A DNA stretch of 62,487 bases, the filler included, from Choristocarpus tenellus KU-1152 (taxonomy: Eukaryota; Protista; Phaeophyceae), in NCBI GenBank assembly GCA_964200185.2. It is 9 parts of 9 records of this genome, joined end to end, with 100 filler letters (N's around TTAATTAATTAA, not from the genome) between each part and the next. Parts side by side here need not be neighbours in the genome. Positions count along the whole stretch, not along the records: positions 48,647 to 53,720 come from CAXNAD020011960.1; positions 53,821 to 59,460 come from CAXNAD020010167.1; positions 59,561 to 62,487 come from CAXNAD020023599.1; 6 more parts are not named here. One strand, given 5' to 3'. The notes beneath the pieces are model-generated. The model was not told the origin of the DNA. It worked only from the letters and a program-made list of their open reading frames with translations, and searched no databases. The translations under genes and the position numbers were made by a program. How positions within the stretch are numbered: the first letter of the stretch is position 1; each line of letters starts with the position of its first letter. This document shows, piece after piece, positions 48,775 to 60,817 of the stretch.

Positions 48775-51409
48775 GGGAAGGCCTTGGCAGGCATTGTGCA
48801 TGACAAGGAGGTCATCCAAAGTGAGTGGGGGGATCCCATTGACGAAACTCAAAGGACTGTTGCAGTGAAAGATCCAGAGAGTGTACCCCCAGAACATGCT
48901 GGAGAAGGTAGTGCGCTCTCTGTGATCCCATCAAGGTTCGCTCCATTGGTGACAGCACCAAAAACAGGAGGTGTAGATGCAGGTATGACTGGAATTGCAG
49001 CTGATGCAGCGTCTGCATGGGCATCTGCAGCTCCAGTGTCGACAGTAGTGGATGAGCAAACAATGGGGGACATGGGACAGGCTGAGGCAGAAGCAACAAA
49101 GGCAAGATCAACTTCAGAGTTAAGGGATGATGGAAGGGTGGCAACAGGGGAAATCGTTGGCAGGGCAAGCAGGGTAGATGAACCTCAGGTGGGAACTTCT
49201 AACAGATGGGAGACAGATATGTCCTCAAGTTAGGTTTACTAGATGAACATATCTGATGTTTATTTTCTACTGTAGAAAATTGCCCAATGCAGGGATTGTT
49301 ACTTGAAAGGAGCAGAAGGGCAGTGTTGATATAATTTCAGGTTGGATTGATTGTGGTTTGGTTTTTGAGTGAATTGGAGAGGGGAGTAGTCCATCTGAAA
49401 CACATTCAGGACCATCAAGGTGTGACAAATTGTTCGTGGGTATATCCCCTGATAATCTCAACATTCTACAGAGTAATGCGTGCTTATTGCATGTCTCCAA
49501 ACTACACTGACAACCTACAATGGCCACAAATCTTACCTTCAACAACCCACCTCCATGGTAATGCATCCATATTAAAAAATGTGACGTACAGCCATCGCTG
49601 ATCCCACTAACCCAACACCATTTGCTGTAAACGTTCCTATCCCCTTCCCCTTCATGTCCAAACAACCCTCCAGCCTCAACCTACCAGTAATGAATCACAT
49701 CCAGCAGCAGCAACCATTGCATCAGGGGCAACACCTGTTGGGCCTGGACAAGTCCAACCTCTGCCTCTAGTGCCTGATCGGAAGGAGGGGCGAGAGAGCA
49801 CTCACCGACCTAAGGCAGTACTCAACCGGGCAGAGCGTAAGAGTCGTATGGCGTTGGAAAAGCTGGGATTGAAGGCAGTGCCAGGGGTGTTCAGGGTGTC
49901 AATGCGAGCATCCAATGGTGTGGTCTTTGTGGTGAAGAAGCCAGATGTGTTCAAGCACCCTACTCAGGTTAGAGATTCTCACCCACGCTCTGTACTTGCC
50001 TTTTCTGGCACCCTGTTGTATGAAATATTTCTATTTTGGTGGGGAGGGGAGGGGGGTGAGGTCTCATGGAAACCATCGCATCAAAAATGGGCCCATGTGT
50101 GTTGGCTGTTTGTCCTCACTTGTCTCATCTTCCTTGTAGGTTCTGCTTTCAGATGATAACTTCCTCATCACCTCACACAACTGACTGCTTGCAAGGATGA
50201 GGTATCGTGGGAAGTCCACACAAAGAGAGATTGCCTAGGAGAATCTTTGGAGCATGCATCTAATTTAATAATTCGATCAAAGATTAAGGCAGCTGAGGTT
50301 TTGCTCTTAGAATCTTTGACCTAACATAACATATGTGTTCCCATGCCCTTGCTCTCACCCCAATATGGAAATGCCTCTGGCATAGGAAACCTACATATTT
50401 TTTGGAAATGCAGAGGCTGAAAGCCCTAGTGGAGAAGTGCGAGAGGCTGCACATAAAGCTACAGCTGCATCCTGGGATGTTGGATACCCTTCACAGGTAA
50501 TGGACCTTCCACCATGCACACACTTCCACCATGCACACACTTTGATACTCTCGTGGGGGTGATGTGCAAGGTGCTTGTGGGTTGCGGGTTGTGTGTTGGT
50601 GGCCTTTCTTTGCATTGTTGTATTTTGTGTATTTCCACACCACTCGCCACTCTTGTACTCCACTTCTCTACCCCCCTGTTTTGTCTATGTCTTGGCAGGG
50701 CCTGGCATGATTTTATCCCAGATTGGTATGGTCTAGCTGTTGAAATATGAACCTTTTTTCCGAACGGGCTGCAAGTTAGTTGAGGAAGTTAAATAAGTAT
50801 GCTAAGTAAGTTAAGTAAGTTCCTGATTTCCAACAAATAAGAAATTGGAGGTCTGGAGAGGGTATGGTGTTGTGCTATTTTCTGCTAACTGTATTACCAA
50901 TAATTCTTACATACTGTCAACAGTGTTTTATAATGTCATACTACACCACCACCAAAACTACAACCCCTACTTAAATCACCTGTGCAGTCTCACTCCCAGG
51001 TTACTGTTTGCACCTACTTGTGTGTATCTTCTTATTAAAGGTATACCACAGGTGCTGCAGTTGGTCCATAGCCCTCTGTTCACAATATGCCAACCACTCT
51101 GGACTATTTACTGTCCTACCTCCTCTTGCACCTCCTCTGCATCTCCTCTACCCCCCCCCCCTCCCCCCCTTCCATCCTGAATATATATAAATGAAGGCTG
51201 TGAAGGGAGATGGAAAGAGGGCACCACAGTGCCGCCCTGACCCAGCTGAGGTGGAAGCTGAGGCATTTGCATCAGGGGTGGACCCTGCGGATGTGATGAC
51301 CCTCATCTCTCTAACTGAGTGCTCTCCAGCAGATGCATGCGCAGCACTGAGGCGTAGTGGTGGGGATGTGGTGGATGCTTCATTGGCAATTCCGTATTTG
51401 CACTATTAG
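48775..51409 (+). CDS. Divergent NAC-alpha-like protein with a long N-terminal extension; exons 48775-49228, 49771-49967, 50386-50496, 51197-51409; 5' end missing
   Basis: NAC domain NRAERKSRMALEKLGLKAVPGVFRVSMR...VFVVKKPDVFKHPTQ|ETYIFFGNA and C-terminal UBA-like GVDPADVMTLISLTECSPADACAALRRSGGDVVDA. Joining of the first exon is less certain. Confidence 0.85.
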
Positions 51410-53392
51410 AGATAGGGTCCATGAATAGGTTTTGTGGTTTATTTAATAGTAGAATCCTTGCACCAAGGTTTTGTTTACGCAAAAACACAGAAGGGCAGTC
51501 GGGGGGGGGGGGGGGGGGACAGTTTGTGTAGTGTTAAAATGCCAGGTTTTGCTTTTTGGACACACTTGAAGGGATTTCACATGAGGAGTGGGATAAGGCT
51601 GGAGAATCTTGGTGTGTGATCAATATTCACGAGATACACATGTTGCTTTAGGCTTGTGTAGACTGGTGCAAGCCTTGGGTGTGTTTTTGTTGTTCACTTT
51701 ATTTTCTATTCATTTGGTTAACGTTTCCCACACACTAGGAGTGGACCTCAGCATTATTTACGAGTGGCATGTTGGTGGTGGGTATGCTCATTTCTGGGTG
51801 GGATGTGGTGAGATGATTTTTTTAAAAACTATATTTTGTGATTGGTTCGTGCCCACGAGGTGAACATTTGGTGCTTCAATGTTGTCACTTTTGTTGGGTT
51901 TGGTGGTGGTTGCAAGGGGCTATAAGGTGCCACTGGTTTTGTGTATTATTGTGGTGTGACCCCCTGTCTTAAGTCAAGTTGTGCACTGTATCTTTGAAAA
52001 AGGCACTTTGGCTTTGCAGCAATATGGGATGGGGTGATGAACTTTCTATTGCCGTGCTTTGACTACTTGCCAAGTCGGCACCCAGTAGTTCAGAAGTGCA
52101 GTTTGTGGTGGAGTCGAACTGAGTAAATGAATAGGGGATCATTTCGTTCAGCAGTATGGCGTGACTGTGGAAGAAAGTGTTGGTGGCATTTTGAATGTAA
52201 TTTACGCCTTCAGCAATTATCTTTGTACGGTGGTGGTGCTGTCCTGCTGATCCCCCATTTCTTGGTAGGCTGAAATTGGGGATTCCCTTGGTCAGTCAGA
52301 GGATTGCGAGTGAAACTATACTTTTTTTTTGCTGGGGACTGTCGAAGGATTTTAGACAGTAGAGAGTCGTCGAAATGTAATAGTATGCTCTGGTTTCTTG
52401 CCGTGTGCTGCTCATGCAAAGCTCACAGGCTCTGTCTTAGATGGTGTGACAAAGAGGATACCGTCTGTCTTGGACATAGGCGGTCCTTGCTGTCTTAGAT
52501 TCTTTTATATTGTGCGAAATGCATTACTCTACTTCACGAAACTAGAAGGCGGCTAGGGTTGGGTGTCCAAATAGCCCTCTGAGCACAAAGAATGTTATCG
52601 ATGGGATTACCTTATTTTGTTTTTTAGTTGGTTCAAGAAATCACAGTGACTTATTTGAGAGTGTGAGGCCTGTCGCTTGGTGTCTAAATGAACAAATTTC
52701 AAGTATTTTAATATGATCACGGAGCACATTTTTCCATCTAAGAATGCTTTTCTCGCGCTTTCTTTTTAAAACAATGGTTTTTTGTGTTTGCCCCTCTTTT
52801 CAGAGTTCATCACTCCCTGTTCATCACATGCTTTCCTGCTGTATGAGCCTGACTGATTGACCAAATTGATGATGTGACTGTGTGCTGCATGGTATGGTTG
52901 CAAGGTCGACCAGCTCCAGTTTTGTCTCACGCCTGTATTAATCCGTATTTACTGCTCCTAATGCAATGATCACAAATCGTAAAGAGAGTGAGGGGAGACC
53001 AGGTGGGGGATTTGTCCACAGAAAACACCATGCATAGTTTTCTCACAATCAAAGGAACAGCACAAACACCAGCAATCACATGACTGTTGTTCTATACTGG
53101 GTGTTAGGTAGAGTGTCACATTGCTGTCTTGATCACATTTACACCGAAGGAGGTGTGCTTTGATATTTGGAGCACTCGATACGACATCATCATGTGTTGT
53201 CTCACCTTGAGGTTGACTGAGATGGTCAACGTCAACGTAATTCCGTGCTTTATAACTCTCTTCAATCAAGATGTTCTTCGTAACAGAGCAACGCAGTATT
53301 TGTTTCCATTTTGCTTGACTATTAACAAAACTGTAATAAAATTAATACCATTTGTTTGAAATGTGTGCAATTATTACTGAGGCAAACCAATT

Positions 53393-53546
53393 GAGAGGTG
53401 AGCAGGTTTGGACCCTTTTGCATCCTAAGTAATCTTTCTTACCCTGTGCAACACACTCCACATAGTTTCTTAATGTGTGCAAGAGTGTACACAAAATTGC
53501 TTCTCCCTTTCCACACACAAAGTGACACCTTAATTCAGCAAAGAAC
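53393..53546. mobile_element. MITE-like family C, reverse partial copy interrupted by the foldback element
   Basis: AATT|GAGAGGTGAGCAGGTTTGGACCC...ATCTTTCTTACCCTGTGC...CCCTTTCCACACACAAAGTGAC. Confidence 0.8.
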
Positions 53547-53568
53547 AGCCGATTTCAAAAATTGAGGA

Positions 53569-53720
53569 TGGAGCTTTTCATTGAGGATGGGCTTGACCCA
53601 AAATTGACTGGGATAAAGTATCGATAGGTTTTTTTCTGGCGTAACATTTAAAAAAATATACATATCGATACTTTATCCCAGTCAATTTTAGGTCAAGCCC
53701 ATCCTCAATGAAAAGCTCCA
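53569..53720. repeat. Near-perfect inverted repeat (58-bp arms 53569-53626 and 53663-53720, 36-nt loop), cut by a gap
   Basis: Arms are reverse complements with one mismatch (CCCAAAA vs CCTAAAA). Confidence 0.92.
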
Positions 53721-54101
53721 NNNNNNNNNNNNNNNNNNNNNNNNNNNNNNNNNNNNNNNNNNNNTTAATTAATTAANNNNNNNNNNNNNNNNNNNNNNNN
53801 NNNNNNNNNNNNNNNNNNNNGTGAAGGAGTTCAGTCCGGTGATTGTGATTGCCCCCTTGAGCAAAAAAGAACTTGGCACCTTTGACACATTCACATAAGT
53901 CAAAATCAATAATATCAACAAAATATCTTACCAACACACTGGGAGTTCAACATCCAAATCAGGCATTTCTCTACAATGTCTTCAATGATATACTTAGGCT
54001 GTCAACCTGAGACATTGGGATTCTTTCTTGTATCCATAGTGTCCAGGAGGAGGGGGTTTCCTAAGTTTGAACTTACAGGCCCATTTGCCTTTGCTTCCAT
54101 C

Positions 54102-57100
54102 ATGTTTCGAAAGAAGCATGATGTGGCAGAGAGGAGCCGCAGTCAGCTAAAGTCCAGTGCGGCGAAACGTATCAAGACCGACATCCTTGGTGCCCTTCCC
54201 TATCTCACGCGAGAAGTCCTCGATGAGGTCATGCCGACCAAGGTCAGTGGTGTCGTCGCGCTAGTGACTGTTTGCAAGTGGTGGTTGGTAGTATGCCTCT
54301 TTTCTCTCGACTTTGCACCTTGTCAACTACATGCCAGGTCGTTGAAGCTTTGTTGTATCCAAACAGAGAACTGACTGTGTGATTTTACAATCCTGCGTAT
54401 GACACCCCCAAGGACGGGATAGAACTGGTGAAGCTAGCGAATCGTGCACTAGTCTATGTGCACGTGCCATCAAAGACTCCTTACTTCTTTGATGCTGATG
54501 GTAGAGGGAATCTCTTCCCCACCGTATATGCACTGTGGGCGACAAGGCGTAAGGACAGGGAATCTGGCATGGGTGGCTGCTGCCCGTCCCTGTTGGTACA
54601 TGCTCCTGTCAGCAAGTTCGTTCTCAATGGGGCGGACATCATGCTCCCAGGTTAACAGGACTCTTCCTTACGATTATCCTTGCGCGTCAAGATGACTTTC
54701 AGTTGGGATATTCATGTGTGTGTTTTCGCTCTTTGTCCACAGTCGAAATATCGAATCCATGCAACGCTCTTGCTCGAGATAACCGTCAACTCCTCCCCAT
54801 CCTTATATCTTCAGAAAGAATCTTTACCAATTGAACTAGACAGCACCCTGATACGCCTTTGCCCGTGACCCTCCAGTCTTTAGCACCCCTCCTCTCATCT
54901 CTACTCCTTGCAGATATCGATCTCACCAATGCATAGTTCCAAATGCAACCTTGTTCCAGGGCGACCGTTTTCGTTTCCTCCCCTGCACTCCTTCTCTTAC
55001 TCCCGACATATCCCTCCCTAAATTTCAATCATGTTGAAGGTGTGGTGGTGAGGGACCCATCAGCTGTAGACTACATCATGGGGGAGAGGCGAGGAGTTGT
55101 GTCCAATGGCAACCCCATGCCGTACGCAGTGAGTGCACCAAGGCATGCTGTTCCTGCAGTGAAAAGATCCTGCATTATCCTCTTCGTTTCATCAGATACA
55201 ACTGCCAGTAACTGTTCGAGGACTAGAAAACGGTTACAGTTGAAATGGGCACACTCCATCTTTTCTATTTTACTACAGTGCAGGTCACTCCTGCTGATTC
55301 CCCAAACCCCACACCCACTACCTAGGAGCTATTGTGATCGGATGTGATGTGCTGGCTCTATTGTGTTGGGTGGGTGGGTCATATGTTGAGGTCTGAAACA
55401 AATATGATGTGCTGTCCTGCTCTGAAAAATGGCAGTTGTGATGACTAACCTATACCGCCTGTGCTTGAGATAAGCCTCAGGTACAGGGAAACACACTGAA
55501 TTGCACAAACCCCACTACTGTAAAATCCAGTTGGCATACTTACTGTCTACTGTTCACTCTTTCTTCTGTAATAATACATACACCTGATTTCTACATCAAT
55601 TCTGGCGTATGCCTGTGTACCCCTATCCTCCTCTTCTTATCACCCTATTATTTATTCTACCTGCCATCATCATGCCCTTTTCCCCTCCCTTGATTGTCCG
55701 TTTGTCTACCCGCTGGATGTTGAGAAAGGTGGGTGAGATGCTTCGAGATAAGGAAGGTGTCATCACCTGGGGAATGACAGGGAAGGGTCTGAAGGCAAGG
55801 ACAAGCCAATATGTACATATTATGTTTTTTTCACAATAGATTGATCTTATCTAACCTTTGGTCATAAGCACAACAAATGCACCTCACAGTAGTTCATTAT
55901 CAATAACTTCACACCCAGCTATATTCGCTATTGCTCTGCGTGCCTAGTTTTTGGAAATTGTTTTCAGTTGTTCCACCAATTGTTGACTATCCCTTCCTCA
56001 GACAAATTTTGAGCTTACTTGCCTGATGGCTCCAATTTGCAACGAAGCTACATCAGTATGTCTTCAACTTGCTTGCACGGTACAGAGTCTGAAGGGTAGC
56101 TCACTGGTGTACTGCCCATCGCTGTAGACTCACAATCACTGCTGAACTAAGATCAGTCTGAAGGACTATCTCGTCACTACTGAGACTCAACAATGCCAAG
56201 TTCAACTCTGCCAGCAAACTCTGCCAGCACTTTTAACTGGTATTATTAGGCCACTGGAGGAATCCTACCAGTGGCGTAACTTGAACATTGCGTGGTATTC
56301 TGTTATTATGGTTAGATTTCCAAGTGTTGTCCGCATTACGGCCCTTATTTTCCAGCCCCAAAGACCTCTACCTTTTGGTCCCACCTCGTGATGCTATGTG
56401 TTCATCCTTGGGTTCAATTCAAGCAAACCACAACTATCCTTGAGAGCTCAGTGTTACCTGTGGAAGTTGTTTTGGGTTTTGGTACAGGCTTGTGAGTGCG
56501 TATTTTTCCCACACTCTTACAACATTGGGTACAACTTGCTCTAGAAGTAGAACATCCAGGCTTGTTATGTTCGCTTCAGGCGTATATTATCTGCATTAAA
56601 AGGTCTCCCAATGTTTTGCGTTTGTCATAACAATATTTTGCTGCACAGAACGAGAAATATAAGCAAACTCATTCTACTCTTCCCCTGTACCCCCACCTCC
56701 CCCCCTCCCCCCCTCCCCCTTCCTCTCCAGGTGATGCACTGCTATCTTGATTTCTTGTGGCAGATGGGCCCCAAGACCCTCCCAAATGATGGCTTCCGTG
56801 TTGATGGGGTGAGGTGTTGTTGCTATAGTGTTCCATCCCTCTCATTCCCCCTCCCCCCCCTTCCTTACATGGCACTGCATCATTTGATCATAGTGTGGAA
56901 TACGAATACCTCATTTTTGTGTGTACATGCATGCACTATTTAATAAGAAGATATTCAACCCCCTTTACAATGTTGTAGCCATGGAAAAAAAATCAGATCT
57001 ATGCTTGAACTCCTTATCCCGATTTACTCCCCCCCCCCACTTCCCTGGTGTTATATTTGGTGGCACCAATAGGTGTTTCCGATTGCTCTGTCTCCTGCAG

Positions 57101-59460
57101 AGATAAAAGGGGAAATGGAGTCAGTGGGAAGTGCATTGGCCACATTGGATTGTGAAATACCTGGGGAGGAACAGCGGAAGATGGGGTGCTGGGAAGAACT
57201 TGCAGATGGGGATGGGGGAGGGGGTGGGAACTGTTCTGCCAAGCAATCAGCAGGTACCGAGGCAGGGAGGGACTTAGGACTTGACCTGAGTGAAGTCACA
57301 CTGGAGGGTGTGGAAGGAGCAGGGTCTTTGGGGGGGAAGAGGGCTGAAGTGGTGGTAGATGGGAGTGATGAGGTAGAGGGAGATGGAGAGGAGAGGGTGG
57401 GGAGAAATGGCCGCATAAGTGTGGACAAGGCAGGGGCAGAAGAAGAGGGAGGGAAAGTGGGAGATGAGGGGATGATGGATGGAGAGGTGGAGGAGGTGGA
57501 GGAAGGACCTTCAATGGATGACCTCCTGGTTTCAAGCTTTTTGAATGCCGTGAAGCGTGACTTGAAAGACAAGCAGCTGCCAATGCTGGTCAGGTATATG
57601 GGCTTTGGGGTTTCTGCTTTCGGTCTAGAATGGTGTCATTGGGAGTTGATAGTATGTAGGAGGATATTGTTGTACGTTTGAAGGATTTTTTTTGTACTGA
57701 AGTCAGATATGTGTTGAGGGGAGACCTCATTCTTGTTTTGGCTTATTCACAAAGATCCGGTAAGTTGAAAGGGCAAATGAACGATCACCAATATGGTTAT
57801 TATTGTTATTATTATTATTAATTCTTATATTACAATAATAATATTAATACTGCACAGGAGCCGTGACACGATCATAGTCTGTAGAAACTCCTAAGGTAGT
57901 CTTGGTTCTGTACATGTAGGTATATTGTTATTGTTCCTTTTTAAACATTTTTTATTATTTATCTCTGTGAACCGCTTGATCAATCCCTTCATCTTGGCAC
58001 GTGATACTTCTTTTTATTTTTGTCCATACCTCACATCTATTTAATGCAGTACTGTTTCGTGAAAAGGAGGTGTGTGTTTCTTCCTGAGAATAAATGCTAG
58101 TAGTATTTTGCAACACACACTCGTACCTTTTTTTTGTCAGGATTCCTCAAGGCATGTAAAGCACTTAGACAATACCCGCTCCCTACCTATTCCCCTCTTT
58201 CCGTTTCTGTATGGTGTACTTGGACATCAGCACATTCTACTCTTCAGTCCTTCTCCCTTCTCGCCCTCCAGGGAGGTCAATTGACATCAAGAGGACTAGG
58301 TTTAAGAAGCTGTCAGCCTTTCTCAAGGAGATGCAGAACATTGGAATCGTCACCCTTAAGGCACAGCAACTAGCTCTATACAAGTATCTATTCACTCCTT
58401 ATAATTTTTAATCTACTCCTGAGATAGATAGCTGAGTGATGGCTACCCGTGTTATAACAATGATAGTGTCTTCTCCTTGGTTGAATTTCAGCACCATTAT
58501 ATGCAGTACCAGTACATATTGTAAAGAATATGCTGAATTTGTACTTATCACTTAGAGCTTGCCACACCTATGCAATAAATTAAATAACCAAATGATACTG
58601 TTGAACTTTTAAAAAACTCAATCATGACCATTACCATTCACGATAGTAGAAAGGTGTCACTCAGGTCTTGAATGTTCTCCATTAGAGATGTGTCTATGAT
58701 TCCATGACTGTCTGCTCAACTTTCAACAATACTGTTCTGATCTCGGGAGAGGCATCATTGTACTCTCTCTCTGTGCCATTAAAATATTTTATTTATTTGT
58801 GAAACCAGCTATACCTTGCAACGTGTATCACCTGCTGGAATGTACCCTCTATTGTCCAAGATCGTGAAATGGAATATATTGTGCAATTTCCCTCACCGCC
58901 CTTTGCATCAATGGGTTGGTTGCCCTATCATGGCAGGAAAACAAGGGTGTTCAGTCACTGGTTGGCGTGAATCGGGCACATCCAGACCTCAAGGCCTTCC
59001 AGGTAAGCCCGGATGGCTTAGATGATAGTATGTGAAGACATTTTTGTATGTAAGAGTGAGGAAGGGTTGGAATGTCATGGCAGCTTCTGTATGTGTACTA
59101 TATACTATATTAATTCTTTGTTTTTGGTTGATTGTTGTAGATTATAGTAATAGTTTATAACTGTGTACATGTGATTTCTTTTTACTAAGAGAAATTAGAC
59201 CTTATAATTGTGCTTGTGGGGCATTTTTTTTTTTGTAGGCAGGGCATCATGTCTATTTTCATTTTTGATAATAATACTATTAATAGTACTTGTTTACTTG
59301 GTGTAATGTGATTTTTTTGTCCTCCCCTGTCTCCCACACTCCATTGTGGGTACAGGCCACCTCAGAAACAGCTGGTGCTGCAGAGGCTGTCGAAGCTGCT
59401 GAGGTCGAAACAGGTGCAGGGACTGTACTGGGGCCAGGGGCAGCGAGGGGGGGGGACTGG
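54102..59460 (+). CDS. EIF2D: Eukaryotic translation initiation factor 2D (ligatin); exons 54102-54242, 54413-54650, 55040-55128, 55729-55794, 56731-56808, 57073-57593, 58231-58360, 58937-59002, 59356-gap; SUI1 end missing
   Basis: MFRK..., LFPTVYALW, NGADIMLPG|V, PYA|VG, GKGLK|VMHCYLDFLW (pre-PUA/PUA), then LPMLVSTFYS...IDIKRTRFKKLSAFLKEMQ...KGVQSLVGVNRAHP. Confidence 0.92.
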
Positions 59461-59560
59461 NNNNNNNNNNNNNNNNNNNNNNNNNNNNNNNNNNNNNNNN
59501 NNNNTTAATTAATTAANNNNNNNNNNNNNNNNNNNNNNNNNNNNNNNNNNNNNNNNNNNN

Positions 59561-59752
59561 GGGCGGGGGAGGGGGGGGGGGGGGGGGGGGGGGGCGGGTG
59601 TCTACACCTCGGTGTCCATTCGGGCCATGACCAGGAGAGGTGCACTTACATTTTCCATCCGATGCATGTAACCAAATCACCCAAAAATCGCCACGTTGGA
59701 AAATTCGCCCCAAAATGGACAACCGTCACCCCCCCCCCAGATACTCTGAGCC
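59561..59752. mobile_element. MITE-like family A copy (left TIR lost in gap); further A-type ends at 32583, 37104-37161, 40402, 40549-40587 and 62468
   Basis: G-run GTGTCTACACCTCGGTGTCCATTCGGG...CCCCAAAATGGAC...C-run AGATACTCTGAGCC|TAA. Confidence 0.85.
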
Positions 59753-60586
59753 TAATAGGGAGTTGTAGGGAATGTTTTCATGAATGCAGGGTGCACCTTG
59801 GTAGGGCTTTGAAGACCAAACACTCCCTCTTTCTTCTGTACTCCCATGATGTGTGTTAAATGGGCAGTATGAAAGCTGTGTTGCATATTGATCAGTAGTA
59901 GGAGTAGGAGTAGGAGTAGTAGTAGGGCATGAACAGAAGTCAAATCAGTATGACACGTTACAACTTTCTCCCTTGTTCTATCATTCATTCAACGGTAACA
60001 CTTCCAAATCAGGCCCGTTTTACGTGACAGGGCACCACGACTCATGATATATGCATCTCACTTCTGCTCCTTCAAGTTCTTGCTGGTTGCATAGTGTTAC
60101 GCAGAAAAAAAAGCTTTTTGAATTTCTCCTCATCAAGAACAATTGTGGGGTGCGCCCATCAGGCAAAAAAAATAGAGAACATTCTATTGTTGTCCTACAG
60201 CCCACTAAAGCAAGTCGCAAATCACAATCTTTGATTGTAATAAAGAACCAAATACACAATAAATCTTTTTCTCCGTTGCATGCATATATTGGTCCTCACC
60301 AACAAGAAAACGGCGATTTTGTTTTTCAGGTCGAAGAAGTGAAAACGCTGTCAAAAATTCAATTTTTAAAGTCTCAGTTTGGTCATCGAAAGTGGAGTCT
60401 GCTCTTCTTCTGAAAGATTCCGTGCTACTACTGAGCAGTTAGTTGCAGTATGTCCTCATATGAACGGCAGCTGGTTTTGAATGCACCCAGACATCTGTTT
60501 GAGGCAAAGATATTAATCTATGTACTCCTTGGAGCTGTGTTGTATGGCGTTTTCTAATTTTGCTGTTCTTGTGAGTCAATCGAATT

Positions 60587-60817
60587 GAGAAGTAGACAGG
60601 ACTGCATTTAAAGGATCCTGAGAAAAGGCAAAAATACACCATTTTGTACATGTACAGAAAGAGCCCTAGCTCAATTGTGGCCCCTCTTTGTAAGTGGGAA
60701 GGGGAGTATCAATTTTGCATACACTGTTCTCCACATATAACAATGAAACGAAGTGCATTGCACAGGGTAAGAAAGATGGCTTAGAATGCAAAAAGGGTTC
60801 AAACCTGCCTACCTCTC
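60587..60817. mobile_element. MITE-like family C, full copy flanked by AATT on both sides
   Basis: AATT|GAGAAGTAGACAGG...CCTGCCTACCTCTC|AATT. Confidence 0.82.

Noticed and set aside
57051-57583. Ser/Pro-rich minus-strand ORFs
   Set aside because: Antisense shadow of the Glu/Gly-rich eIF2D linker exon.
23950-59460. Cluster of translation genes (TrpRS, RPL18, NAC, eIF2D)
   Set aside because: They lie on different concatenated contigs; e.g. missing TrpRS exons are not found across the spacer.
25469-59560. Regularly recurring TTAATTAATTAA between N runs as a biological repeat or CRISPR-like array
   Set aside because: Fixed 100-nt layout with six-frame stops marks an artificial linker.
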